Assembly (NCBI GenBank): GCA_030390025.1
Contig: CM059433.1
Coordinates: 17,858,001 to 17,922,000, forward strand
Source: Squalus acanthias
Taxonomy: Eukaryota
Direction: 5' to 3'
DNA: 64,000 nt
Shown here one piece after another: positions 1-12,668 of the stretch; position 1 is the stretch's first letter, and every line of letters begins with the position of its first letter. The notes below the pieces were generated by a model, which saw nothing but the letters and a program-made list of their open reading frames with translations, had not been told where the DNA came from and did no database searches. Made by a program: the position numbers and the translations under genes.

Positions 1-102
1 TATGTGGCTCAGTGTCAAATTTTGTTTGATGTCGCTCCAGTGAAGCGATTTGGGATGTTTTACTACGTTAAAGGCGCTATAGAAATGCAAGTTGTTGTTG
101 TT
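1..102 (+). mobile_element. L2-type LINE 3' end
   Basis: Ends aaggcgctatagaaatgcaag(ttg)n; the same tail occurs reverse-complemented on the L2 copies at 5343 and 35878. Confidence 0.75.
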
Positions 103-218
103 GTATAATGAGGTGTCACTTCCTCAAAGAAGTGAAGCCAAGCTGACTGCAGTTTAATAGATTATTATTGTACACATAATCCTCAAGTTTACTTCTGATA
201 ATCTATTCCATTACTTTA

Positions 219-672
219 GGTGTTAGCCATGGCTCAGTAGCACTCTCGCCTCTGAGTCAGAAGGTTGTGGGTTCAAGTCCCACAAGTCTTGAGCACAAAA
301 TCTAGGCTGACACTCCAGTGCAATGCTGAGGGAGCGCTGCACTATCGGAGGTGCTGTCTTTCAGATGAGACATTAAACCAAGGCTCCATCTGCCCTCTCA
401 GGTGGCTGTAAAAGATCCCATGGCACTATTTTGAAGAAGAGCAGGAGGGCTCTCCCCCAGTGGCTTGGCCAATATCTAGCTCTCAATCAACATTACTGAA
501 ACTGATTATCTGGTCGTTATCACAGTGCTGTTTGTGGGAGCTTGCTGTGCCAAAATTGGCTGCTGCGTTTCATACATCACAACAGTAACTGCACTTCAAA
601 AGTACTTCATTGGCTGTAAAGCACTTTGGAATGTCCTGAGGTCGTTAAGGGTGCTATATAAATGCAAGTCTT
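219..672 (+). mobile_element. tRNA-derived DeuSINE (SacSINE1/AmnSINE-like), near full length
   Basis: Box A/B-like head (tggctcagtag, ggttcaagtcc), Deu-like core (gatgagacattaaacc...aaagatcccatggcactattt...gaagagcagg), L2-like tail gtgctatataaatgcaag. Confidence 0.8.
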
Positions 673-1375
673 TTTACACAGAATTGAAGTATTTCGAATG
701 GGTCTTCAGTGTCTGTATCTGCTTTGTCATCCTTTTGAATGGAGGCACCATGTTAGCTGGTTTCCAGTCTACTGGTAGCTCCCCAGTGTCCTATGATTCC
801 ATCATAATGATTGTCAGTGCCAATCTCCTTCCTAGTTTCTCTAGCTACGGTGATTAATTTCTTTTGATCCCTTTTAGCCTGTCAAAGACTTCCATTTCAT
901 TCATATCACTTTTGATAGGGTTACCACAGCAAAATGATTATGCCAGTGTAATCTTTTAAGAGAAACAAAATCTTGTGCAATTTTACCTTTTCTACAGGAA
1001 ATATCACAGAGCTGCTTGAGCGATAGGACTGAGTTTTTTAAATCACTATCCTGTCCAAATCAGACTTGAGGTTAAAGTGTGGAATGGAAAATCATTCTTG
1101 TATGTGTCGAAGCACTGGCACTGTGCTGTTAGGCCTCCCACAGCTGGCATGCACCCCAACACAATGGTTTTTGTCATATTACCTAAGGAGACCGGCTGAA
1201 GAGGATGGTTAAAAAGGAGGTTAAAATTAAAAAACACACCCATCTCCCATGACGTTGTACATAGATTAAGTGTAGTCTTCAGTTGAAGCAGGGTCAGAGG
1301 GTGGGGTACAATTGGATGTAATTCAGGCCACATTTTAAACTCACATATTCTGCCCTTATTTTTATATAATACAAT

Positions 1376-2145
1376 GGCCCAGAATTTGTGGTTGGGATGA
1401 CAGCAGACTGGCAACGTTCGCCGTCATTCAGCCTTAGAAACTGACCGCAACTTCGGGATTTGGCGCATGCAGAAATCCCGAAGTCGCGGTCAGTCATTGA
1501 CAGCTCCGAAACAGGCTGTGCGGTCCAGCACCACACACCCCACCCCAAAGCACAGAGCCAGCAGTCTGTGTAATCAGCCAAATCATTGAAACTGACGAAA
1601 ACTTCGGCTCTTCCTCAGTAAGTATGCTGTTAAATTCCCCACTAAAAGATAGACGCAAAGGTGTAACTGGGGTTTTGACAGCAATATTATTGCTAAACAA
1701 ATGTTAAGGGCCTGGAAAATAAATTTTAATTTTGTGCAGTGTGAAATGTGTCCATTTTAATAAAAATTTAAATTTTTAAGTAACTTTTCAAAAAAATAAT
1801 TTTTGCATTTAAAAAAAAATTTGTCCATCTTTATGTCAGGTTTGCCTGTTCCCCATGTGAGAGCCGCCATCTTTGTTTTGCTCTCTCTGATATTTTTAAA
1901 AAGTTAGAATTTTAAGAGCTTACTCACTTCCTTGTTCGCTGTCTGCGAGAATTCTGCGTTTTGATTGGCTGCTTAGACGTCATAGCAGTTCGCACTAGGG
2001 GATCCCCATTAGCTTCCGTTGATTTGAATTGAAGGTCAGAAAACCCGAAGTTCTCGACACGGGGATCGCGAGATCCTTGTGCGAAGTGTACTCCGTGGTC
2101 AGCAGCGAACACCTTCGCTTCGCTGCTGGCTGCAAATTCTGGGCG
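1376..2145. mobile_element. Harbinger-type MITE, family A copy 1
   Basis: TIRs ggcccagaatttg / caaattctgggcg; internal 22-bp hairpin 1440-1494; AT-rich centre; inverted homolog at 3974-4601. Confidence 0.75.
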
Positions 2146-3973
2146 ATTGATTTCATATTATTTACAGTTAAATAGCAAAATGCATGACATTTTAGGAAGC
2201 AAAGATGGAGTACAGGAGTTTCTCTACAGTGCAGACTGAGGAGATGTGAGATGCAAAACCGAGGCATTATAGCGTCACCACTGGTGAGAGGATGTAATTA
2301 CAGTGTGACAAGTTTACACAGGCACCTTCTGTTATTAAGGTGGACATCTTTGGGGGGAAAAATGGGCAGGGAGGCTGCATCCTATTTTTGCCTATAGAAG
2401 ATGAGGTTTTCAAACATGGTCGTGAGTGGGTCTCCTGATTCTGAGTTTCATTGTTTTCCTCCTGAATTTGGTTGCAGAAATCAGATAAATAAACTGGAAG
2501 CAGATTTGTGTTTCTTATGGGGCAAAAATAAAACAAGGACCGAGAAAATGGTTCACGCCCAGTGATTGTTCCCTGCACCAGAACGGGTAGGCCCAAGGCA
2601 CACCCAATATTGGACTTGGGTCTCATCTACATGAGGCTGGCCAGCTGCAGACACCTGCTGGGCCTCCCCAAGGCAGCTCACCGGCAAAGAGGATTTCAAT
2701 TTTGGGCCGCTGTGTCACTGGCAGCTTCCCTCCAATAGGTTCTAGCAGAGGGGGGAAGCGATCAGAAGCGGGGCAAGTGATTGGGAAGGAGAAGGGGACT
2801 GGGAGAGGGAGCAAGTGAGCGGGATGGAGGGGGGGTCAGTCGGGGGCCGGAGTATTTTTTTTTTTAAACTCATATTTTTGGTGGCGGTCCCCAGTGGTTC
2901 ATTTAGACCGCACGTAGACCAGGTTTTCCTGAACACAGCCAACATATGCAATAAGCCCAACGCTTGGTTCAGGCTTGGGCCCTGAACGCCTCTGTTTCTG
3001 GCTTTACCAATATGGCGGGCGCCCCACTTCTGCCACTTAATGAGTGTGTGCTCCCCGCCCGCCATATTGGATGACTAGACGCCTGATTTTGTGCCTGAAA
3101 AATGGGCACGTTGCCATCTAATTTCTAGACCGAAGTTTTCATAATCAAAAAAATTCAGCTTTAATCAGCAAAACAATTTCGGAAGGGAAGGTTTCTTTAA
3201 GTAAACAGTAAACACAACTCTCTTCAGAGAGTAGAATTTCGAAAAGATTTGATGTGGTTCTTCAGCGCGAGGGAACGTTGTTCAGCTATCCGTAAGTGAA
3301 GCAAGTGATTAAAGTGTTGCTCTGCGCCCAGCTTCCCATCGATACAGAGAGGAGATGAACTTGTCCGTGCACCAAACAGAGAATGTTGCCTTGTGCATCG
3401 CCCCTGAATTACATAACGTCAGTGTTGACGCATCCATGTTTTATTGAGGTTTTACTCTAATTTTGGAATTCGCCTTTTGATGTAGAAATTAAGGGTTTAA
3501 CCCTAAAATCAAAGACTTAATTATGAGACTCACAAAAGCAAACTCTGCTGAATTCTAACCTTTTCCAGCATTCACCACAGTAATAGCACCACATTAAAAT
3601 CAACAGCTGCATCAAGCTTTGTATGTGTGTTACCAGAGTGTCAAATTTTTAAATCTATCCTTCAGGAATATAATTTGTTCTGGAAGTCACTTTTGACTTT
3701 TCTTTTTAAAAGCACACTAAAGTAACATTTATGAATGCTGGCAAACACAGCGGCCTAGAAACTGGACCTCATTGCGGCAAAAGGAGGCCCAATTTCGAGG
3801 ACCAACGTTCTGCGCCCCAAGGATGCCTGAAAGACGTCTGAGCTGATATTTTGAGCCATTTTTCAAGCGTCCGGGCGGCTGTCTGAAACAGGTGCTATGC
3901 GCCTTGCATCTGCTAATGAGGGGCCAAACACTTGTTTTAGGACAATGTTAAGATTAACACTTGTAAACACATC

Positions 3974-4601
3974 GGCCCGGAATTTGCAGTCAGCAGCGAA
4001 GCGAGGGTGGTCGCTGTGTCGAGAACTTCAGGTTTTCCGACATTCAATTCAAATCAACGGAAGTTAGTGGGGATTCCCTTGTGCGAACTGCTGTGACGTC
4101 AAAACAAGATTGGGGCTCTGACATGGGGGGGAAAAGGCAAACCTGAAATAAAGATGGAAAATCTTTAAAACAATGTAAAAAAAAAAATGTTTATTTCTTA
4201 AAATTTTTTATTTTTATTAAAATGGATAAATTTCACACTGCACAAAATTTAAATTAGTTTCCAGACCCTTAACATTTGTTTAGCAGTACTAACGCTGTTA
4301 AAACCCCAGTTACACCTAATCCCTTTGGGTCTAACTTTTAGTGGGGAATTTAACAACGGTATTACTGCGGAAGAGCCGAAGTTTTTGTCAGTCTCCCTGA
4401 TTTGGGTGATTGCACAGATTGCCAGCTCTGTTGTGGGGGGGACGTGGGGGGCACGGCGCAGCCTGTTTCGGAGCTGTCAATGACTGACCGCAACTTCAGG
4501 ATTTCTGGATGCACCAAATCCCGAAGTTGCGGTCAGTTTCAAAGGCGGAATGACGGCGAACGCTGCCAGTTCGCCGTCACCCTGACCGCAAATTCCAGGC
4601 C
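3974..4601. mobile_element. Harbinger-type MITE, family A copy 2 (inverted relative to copy 1)
   Basis: TIRs ggcccggaatttgc / gcaaattccaggcc; reverse-complement similarity to 1376-2145. Confidence 0.75.
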
Positions 4602-5342
4602 ACCATTATCTGTCAGTGCTAGCACCTCTGTAAGAACAGAGATCAGAGTTCAGAGAAAAGGGAACTAAGGGTAGATTTTATGATTTAGCCTCCTGATGAC
4701 GAGTTTCATGCGATTGGTGTTAATGAAGAGAAAATCACGTAGGTTTCTAACCGGTTACAGTGACCTCCATGGCCAAATTCCCAAAGCTCTGTACCAGAAG
4801 TGCTAACTTGTGAAATGTTATTCTAAATGTCTGTAGCAGCGGTTTAGTAGTATTTAGTAGTTGGCTGCCATTTTTTTTTTTTAAATGCCGCTCAGGCTTA
4901 TCTTTTGTGTCAAAAACCCCATGGAGTAGTTTGTAATTTTTATCCTTTTATTATATTATCAGTTGGCTGTTTTATTCAGGGATAGTGCAGCCTGGCAGAT
5001 GGAAATTATGACTCCCCACAGCCATAGCGGATTCAAACCGCCAACAGTCTTTGCTAAGTCAAATGATTTTAGCTGTAGTAGCAGTTGGGGAATTACAGTT
5101 TGGCTCAGATTAGGGACGGTAAAATCAACCTGGATTCCCACTCCTGTTAATTTGCTTCCACTTACATTGAAATGCCTTTGAGATGCACCCCAGGACACGA
5201 TTAGCTTTGTTCATGTTGACTGAATACTTTTAATGAACTTGATCACATGCTTTCTAAAAAGTCAAGTGAATTATTTCCACTGATTTAGTTTCATCCTCAA
5301 AAATGTTCTGATACATTTGTGAGGCAGGACCTATTTATCTGA

Positions 5343-5820
5343 CTACAACAACAATAACTTGTGTTATATAGCGCCTTTTAACATAGTTAAAAACGCCTCA
5401 AGGTGCTTCACAGGAGAGTTATCAAATAAAATTTGACACAGAGCCACAGAAGGAGACATGAGGACAGATGACAAAGAGTTAGGTTTTAAGGAGTGTCTTA
5501 AAGGAGGAGAGAGGGGTGGAGAGGCACAGAGGTTTAGGGAGGGAGTTCCAGAGCTTAGAGCCTCGGCGGCTGATAGCATGGCCGCCTATAGTGGAGCGGT
5601 TAAAATAGGGGATGCGCAAGAGGCCAGAATTGGAGGAGTGCAGTTGTAGGGCTGGAGGAGATTACAGAGATAGGGAGGGGGCGAGGCCATAGAGGGATTT
5701 GAAAATAAGGATGAGAATTCTAAAATTGAGGCGTTGCCGGACCGGGAGCCAATGTAGGCCAGCGAGCACAGGGGGTGATGGGTGAACAGGACTGGTGCGA
5801 GTTAGGACACGGGCAGCCAG
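5343..5820 (-). mobile_element. L2 LINE 3' fragment
   Basis: Same tail and RT C-terminal sequence as the L2 copy at 35878-37717. Confidence 0.8.
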
Positions 5821-5844
5821 ATACTACACCTTATGCTCTTTGCA

Positions 5845-6360
5845 GAATCATAGAATTGTACAGCAGAGATGGAGGCCATTCAGCCCATTGCATCCGTGCT
5901 GGCTCTCTGAAAGAGCTATCCATTTAGGCGCATCCCCCTACCCATTTTAAAAGCTGTTATGGATTCTACTTCCACAAAAGTTGAACCCATTTAACATTTT
6001 TATCGCGCTCAGCCAAAATGTTTGGGCATTTTATGTCCGAACAACCCTCTGCATAAAAAAAAAGCTCCTAAGCTCTACCTTCATTCTTTTGGTGATGATC
6101 TTCAACTTATTCCTTCTAGTTACTGACTCATAGACCACTGACAATAGTTTTTCCCCATGCATCTTATCGAAATCTCTCATAATTTTGAAATATTCTACTA
6201 GATCGCCTCTTAACCTCCTTTGTTGTAATGAAAAGAGCCCCAGTTTCTCTAGTCTCACCTCACAACCAAAGCCGATCATCTCTGGTATCACTGTAGTCAA
6301 TCTCTTTTGTATCCTTTTCATGACCTTGATATACTTCTTAAGGTAAGAAAATGGGACACA
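5845..6360 (-). mobile_element. CR1 LINE 3' fragment
   Basis: ORF 6031-6321 RLEKLGLFSLQQRRLRGDLVEYFKIM (CR1 ORF2 C-terminus); appears to resume near 8838 after the Harbinger insertion. Confidence 0.8.
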
Positions 6361-6362
6361 GT

Positions 6363-8837
6363 GGGCCAGAATTTGCTGGAGCGGGTTATCTCGCTTGTTT
6401 GTGCATGTCTCGGTTTTACCATATTTTGCCTACAAAGTTGCTGAAAGTGCGAGCTGGTAACGCCGCAGTGAGGGCAACAGGGCATCTGTGACCTTAGTGA
6501 ATAATGGAACAAACAGCGCATCTCCTCTGAGAAGGAGGGTGAATTGGAGTGGGTGTATTCAATGTCAAATCAGGTCCAGAAAGAAACATAAAGGCCGCGA
6601 TTTTACCGGCGCTCAGAGTGCGGGTTCGGAGGCGGGTCCGATATCAAAATCGAAATGATTGACAGCAGGTTGGGAACCCGCCTCCATGTAAGTTTCCAAA
6701 GTGTCGGGTCTGTGATTTCAGAACAGACCCAACACCAAGCGGCGGGGGAGGCATTTAAGATAATTAAACGCTTGTTAACTACGATTTTGCCAGCCTATTT
6801 CTATTTTCCCACTTTTTTAACGGGGTTCACATCGTTTGGAGATCACGTCAGGTAAGTAGGTTGGGTTCTCTATGTCTCCCCATTGCTGTGAATAGGTGAC
6901 AGCTGCATAAGTGGTATGAAAGCTACCATTTCACAGCTGTTCATTTTCCAATGTCAGAAGCTTGAGCCTTCAGGATTTGGAAGACACTTTTGAGCCGTAT
7001 GCAGTTTGTAAGTGTTTGGAGTAAACTCTCTATCCACTGTCACCTCCTTGGAGCAAGCTCTCTCACCATTGACAGATCGCTTCTGTCATCTCAACTTCAG
7101 CTGCCATCTATTCCAGCAACATCGGCGCCCTTGAGTAAATCTCTCCTTGGTCCTCTGAATCTCTCCACGATCAGCCCCAGCACCAACATCACCAGGCACA
7201 CCAACATCACCAACAATAATACCAACCTTCTCTGCAATCACCTGATGCTGCACAGGACACAGGGCATCAGCATCCGACAACATTGCTGCCCTGGAGGCCA
7301 GCGATGGCATTACCATGGCCAGATTTACTTCACTTGACGCTGTACATCCTGCCTGCCACATGATGCACCAGGTTGACACCACCCCACACCATCACCATAA
7401 AGCATTCCTACAATACCCAAGCCATTCCTTTCACACTCATCACCATTGGGGGGGGGGGGGGGAGGAGGAAGTTATGTTTCAACATTCACTGGAACTCACT
7501 GAGACACTTCCAAAGGTGAGCACAGATCTGTCTAATAAGGTAAAGTGTTGAAAATAAAGATTTCAATGTTTGACAACACATTAACAGAAACTTCACATGG
7601 ACATTGGCTAAACCACCCAGGTGCCTACCCTTGTGTGTTGTTAGTTGGTATGCTTGCAGTAGGTTGAGGGTGAGTGTGAGGGGTGGCTAGTGAGATGGGA
7701 AGTGATAATGTAGACAGAGAGGGATGGGTGGGGGCGCAAGGTAAGTTGGTGTGCGTAAAGATGTGCAGGAGTAGGGTAGGGAAGGCAGAGTGATGGGGAT
7801 GTGATGAGTGGCACAGCAGGATGAGGTTGAGTGTGGCTTGGCAGTAACCTTTCGCGATCTGCTCAGATCATTGAAAGGTTTGCGCCACTGCAGCCTGGTC
7901 CTCCTGACGACATCCCTGCTTCTGCCCTCCTGTGCAATGTGCAACCAGGCTGCGTTGATCTCCTGGGGAGGTCTCTTCTGCCCATGGGAAGGGAGGAGAA
8001 TTTCCCTGCGTGCTGTCAGTCCCTCCATAAGCATATGGAGGGAGGCATGGGAAAGCCTAGGTGCAGCCGTGCACCTCTGTGCAGTGCTTGTCAGTGTTTG
8101 CAGCACCTCAATGCTGTAGAACACTGACAGCAGAACTGTCAAGATCAATTTGGACATGGTCCCTTTAAGGAAACCGGCTGATGATGCATCATCAAATAAC
8201 GTCATCAGACCCGCTTCCTTTTAATTAGCCAGGAACCTTGCAGGGTGGGCTTAACCAGCCCAATCAACGAAAAATCGCTTGGAGAGTGCGGGCTGCAGTA
8301 GGCAGCTGGCTGGGACCACGACAGCAACCCTGGCCGCCCCGGACCCGCCTCGGTCAATGAAATCGCAGCCAAAGAGAGGGAAAGAAAGATTGGATTAAGA
8401 GAGAGAGAGAGAGAAAACAGAGAAAAAGGACAAGTAAGAAAAAACATTCTAAAAATCTCCTAAAACAATTCATAACCTGAAGGAATGAGACTCCACACTT
8501 AAAGTTGTTTACTTTCTGGGTCGGAGAGGTTGATTGGCAGTCATTCACAATTATCACATTGTTGAAAGAGTACTTACACTATTAATTACTAGACTGTGGT
8601 GAGTTTAGTGAGCAATTAAGGTGCAGATGCAGATACTTCATGAAAATCACGGGGCGGTTAAGCCCGAGATGCCATTTTTGCGAGGTTAACAGCGGAGCGG
8701 CACAAATCAGCCAGCAACTTGTGGTGATTCGCAATTCACGGGGTATCCCTTCCTCGCCAAAAGTTTCTGGACGATTTGCACATTAATAACAGCATGCGTT
8801 GTTCACACGCCATTATATTTTCAGCAAAATCTGGCCC
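6363..8837. mobile_element. Harbinger-type MITE inserted in CR1 and hosting a nested element
   Basis: TIRs gggccagaatttgctg / cagcaaaatctggccc. Confidence 0.7.
6593..8370. mobile_element. Non-autonomous Harbinger retaining Myb/SANT exon 1 (- strand, ~7848-8070), copy 1
   Basis: TIRs ggccgcgatttt / gaaatcgcagcc, TSD AAA/AAA; ORF 7687-8205 APRLSHASLHML...RREILLP...AW...RTRLQWRKPFNDL. Confidence 0.85.
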
Positions 8838-9489
8838 GTTATCTTAACTGAGGCCTAACCAATGATTTTTATAGGTAAACACTGAGGGGTGTAGAAAGCC
8901 ATTATGGCTCATTCTCGGGTGCATGGCTGATGGCATGCACACAGCGCGCACCCAAACCGGGAGGTCCGAGTCTCTCCTGAAATTGGGCCTTGGGCCTCAC
9001 TGTAATAATGGGGGCAATCTGCCTCTGAAGGTACAACAGGCTCACCCCGATTTTCACAGTGTAGTGCTCCAATTTGGGACTTCTGCCTCACCGGCAGTGG
9101 CTCTCAGCTAAGTCCTACAAGGTGGAGGGAGGGAAGAAGAACGGGAGCAGGAAAGGTTGATCACATGCCGGCAGTGGCCCTCAGGAGTGCAGTGGAGCTG
9201 GAAGGAGCTTTCCTTCTCTTCCTGGTTCCACAGGAAAATAATGTAAAATAACAACTTACTTTTTGGTAGCAGGTGCTTGTTAAGCTGCAGCAATCCCACC
9301 AAAACCTCAGCAAAGCAGGCCTGGAGCCTGCTCCGCTCAGGGCTGATGAATTTTGCTGAGGGGATCCTTACACAGTCCTTAGGTCCCTCTGTAGCATATG
9401 TAAGGGGCCTAGCGTATATTTCAGGTGGCTTTCCGAGATGCCTGAAAATCGCCTGATGTCAATATGGCGTCCGACGTATTTCAAGCACC

Positions 9490-9816
9490 AAGCTGTCCTT
9501 CATTCTGCCAGTGCATTTCACACTTCATTTAGCCTCAACCTGTTACATCAACACCTCCTCTTGCCTTGATTATCTCTTAATGTCTCTCAAGGTCTCCTAA
9601 TCTCTCCTTTTGTTCTTTCATCCCCTCCCCCTTTTCCCAGCTTTATGCTTGCTTTAAATCTATTTCATTTCCTGCTTTTTTCCAGTTCTGACGAAAGGTC
9701 TTCGACCTGAAACGTCAACTCTGTTTCTCTCTCCACGGATGCTGCCTGGCCTGCTGAGTTTTTCCAGCGTTTTCTGTTGTTATTTCGGATTTCCAGCATC
9801 CGCAGTATTTTGCTGT
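9490..9816 (+). mobile_element. Penelope-like element terminus (family P1) with 15-bp TSD
   Basis: TSD cgtatttcaagcacc at 9475-9489 and 9817-9831; same terminus at 45638 (-) and 47510 (+). Penelope assignment rests on the hammerhead and inverted-end architecture. Confidence 0.75.
9684..9720 (+). ncRNA. Minimal type-I hammerhead ribozyme motif
   Basis: agtt-CTGACGA-a-aggtc(ttc)gacct-GAAA-cGTC^aact: stem I agtt/aact, 5-bp stem II, palindromic ACGT stem III, GUC cleavage triplet. Confidence 0.8.
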
Positions 9817-9942
9817 CGTATTTCAAGCACCCTTGGGGCACAAGGCAAAGATCTGTGAAATAGGTCATGTTGCCCACGTTTTCCGCCCAGAAAATAGGAT
9901 GCAGTCCTGTGCTATGTTTTACTTAGGTTGGGCCTATCCTCA

Positions 9943-10362
9943 TTTGGAGTTTAGAAGAATGAGAGGTGATCTTATTGAAACATATAAGATTCTGAGGGGG
10001 TTGGACAGGGTAGATGCAGGGAGGATGTTTCCCCTCGTGGGGGAATCTAGAACGAGGGGGCATAGTCTCAGAATCAGGGGTCGCCCATTTAAGACGGAGA
10101 TGAGGAGGTATTTCTTGTCTCAGAGGGTCGTGAATCTTTGGAATTCTTTACCCCAGAGAGCTGTGGAAGCTGAGTCATTGAATATATTCAAGGCTGAGAT
10201 AGACAGATTTTTGAGCAACAGCGGGGTCAAGGGTTATGGGGAGCGGGCAGGAAAGTGGAGTTGAGGCCAAAATCGCATCAGCCATGATCTCATTAAATGG
10301 CGGAGCAGGCTCGAGGGGCCGAATGGCCTGCTCCTGCTCCTATTTCTTATGTTCTTATGTTC
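9943..10362 (+). mobile_element. CR1 LINE 3' fragment
   Basis: LEFRRMRGDLIETYKILRGLDRVD...SRTRGHSL...FLSQRVVNLWNSLP; 3' UTR hairpin and (ttcttatg)n tail. Confidence 0.92.
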
Positions 10363-11974
10363 TAAACCATTTTCTCTGCTTACTCTTAGATTAACCAATC
10401 CATTAAAACATGCTTAACTGTTTGTCGGGGACCAGGTTAGAACTAGTTTGCATCTGTATGGCAATTAACTAAGTGTGTAATTTGAGTACAACACAAGCTT
10501 TCAAAATTTAAATTTTGTCCCAGGATGTAATATAGTCAAGACCATGCAGGTTACGACCTGAAAGCATGATTAGAGTCCAATTAAAAATTAGAACTAATAT
10601 ATTTGTTCTGCAAAATAGTGATGATAGTCACAATTCTTTGGGAGTTGGTCTCAGAAGGAAATGGTGATGCATTCCTTCAGAGAGTCATTTTGCCACCATT
10701 TTTTCAAGTATCAGACAGTGAGGCTGAGCATTATATCTCAAATGCTTCGAGCTATGGGGTAAGGGATGAGCGACCATATCTTTGCTCACCACTCCACTCA
10801 CTTTTCATTGTTAACCGTAGGGGGGCTGCAGCATCTTTCGTCCCGGGAGAGGGAAAGTCACACCCAACAGCATTAAGCCCCTTCTAAGAGCCAGCTATAG
10901 GGGGTGGAGGGAGTTTCTTGGTGTTAGTCCAGGAGCAGGCTAACTGCCTGCCCTCCGTGCCCCAAATCCAAACTCTCCAGCCGGGTGCAGCAAAACCCTG
11001 TTGCTTTCAGGTAAATGGAGGGAGCAGTACTGCAGAGTGAATTAGCATTTGCTGGAAGTCAACCTTAAACTTCATTTGGGTAAAGCATCTGCACTTCATC
11101 TGCTTGTTTCTGTTACTGTACACCTGGGACTCAAATCAATTAAATGGGAGCTTTAACACTTCCAATACCTCAGTCTTGATTGTCACAGTTTTTTATATTA
11201 GAGTAGTCGTGTTCCCTATATTTTAACTAAGTTAAATTGTTTGTATAATACGACGATAACTAGGAAAAAACAAGTATAATTAAGGCCTCATTAGCACATC
11301 AATTTCCTTTTTTTTTAAATCAGCCTGTGTAGTGGCATAGTGTATTAGTAAGATGTGAGCTTATGCTCATGATTCCCACACTGCAAGCATCCAACCTTGG
11401 TCACAGTGCTAGGTGGAAAAGTGAAAATCAGATATGTTCCCCGAGACCACTCTTACCCACCATCGACTCTCCACCTCAAGAGTGTCAGAGGTTGCGGGTG
11501 CAGTGCTGCTGGAGGTTTTTCAGCTCGGAAACAGTGCATGGCATGGGGGAAATACACTATAAACTGGGCATGGGAGTTTTAGTAGAAACATTTCTGAATG
11601 TCGCCAACATTTGATCATATGAATGATTACTGAAAGTATCTGTTGATTGAGAAACCAAGATGAGCAAGCTGCCAAGGCTTAAACTGTAGGACACAATCAA
11701 GGTTGAAAAGAGTAAACAGTAGAGAAAGAAAGGCTTGTATTTATATCGCGCCTTTCACGAGTTCAGGACGTCTTAAAGTGTTTCACAGCCAATCAAGTAC
11801 TTTTGAAGTGTACTCACTGATGTTACGTGGGAAACACGGCAGCCAATTTGCACAAAGCAAGATCCTACAAACAGCAATGTGATAATGACCAGGTCATCTG
11901 CTTTTAGGTGTTGGTTGAGGAATACATATTGGCCAGGGCACTGGGAGAACTCCCCTGCTCTTCTTTGAAGTAGT

Positions 11975-12208
11975 CATGATGCGGAGATGCCGGCGTTGGA
12001 CTGGGGTGGACAAAAATGAGAAGTCGCACAACACCAGGTTATAGTCCAACAGTTTTATTTAAAATTACAAGCTTTCGGAGCTATCGATCGCCCCTTCTTC
12101 AGGTAAAGTTACAGTAACTTTACCTGAAGAAGGGGTGATCGATAGCTCCGAAAGCTTGTAATTTTAAATAAATCTGTTGGACTATAACCTGGTGTTGTGC
12201 GACTTCTC
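11975..12208. mobile_element. Palindromic Penelope-like terminus (family P2) with 17-bp TSD
   Basis: 95-bp arms 12018-12112 and 12114-12208 with 2 mismatches; ctcttctttgaagtagt duplicated at 11958-11974 and 12206-12222. Confidence 0.85.
12120..12161 (+). ncRNA. Minimal type-I hammerhead motif (mirror copy on - strand at 12065-12106)
   Basis: ttac-CTGAAGA-a-ggggt(gatcgata)gctcc-GAAA-gCTT^gtaa: stem I ttac/gtaa, palindromic AGCT stem III. Confidence 0.75.
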
Positions 12209-12668
12209 TTCTTTGAAGTAGTGCCATGGGATCTTTTACCTCCACCTGAGAGAGCAGACGGGGCCCCGGTTTAACATCTCATCCGGAAGACAGCACCTCT
12301 GCAATGCAGCACTCCCTCAGCACTGCACTGAAGTGTCAGCCTAGATTATGTGCTGAAGTATCTTGTGTGGGCCTTGAAGCCACAACCTTCTGACTCAGAG
12401 GTGAGGGTGCTGCCATTGAGCCATGGCTGACACCACAATGTACCTATTTAGTCAGATTTTTAACGATGTTGCCTTGCTGTTGAGGAGTTGCAGAGTTTTG
12501 AGAACCTGGGAATCAGTGAGTTACAGTGGAAGAATGTGTGATGAGTCTTGATTTCAACACAATGAGGATACAAGGGCGGAGGACGTGAAACTTACAAGGC
12601 AGAGGAGAGGAAAGTGAAGAGGAGCACTAGCTACAGTACTATCAATAAAAATAAAGGCAGGGAACATT

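Larger units (their letters stand above)
11725..12435 (-). mobile_element. DeuSINE (same family as 219-672), interrupted by a palindromic insertion
   Basis: Reverse-complement match to 219-672 on both sides of 11975-12208. Confidence 0.85.

Noticed and set aside
219..290. tRNA gene
   Set aside because: SINE head continuous with the Deu core; no full cloverleaf.
2340..3131. Additional MITE-like segments (also ~3752-3950, ~8885-9930, ~48160-48790)
   Set aside because: Single TIR-like ends and patchy similarity; paired boundaries could not be defined.
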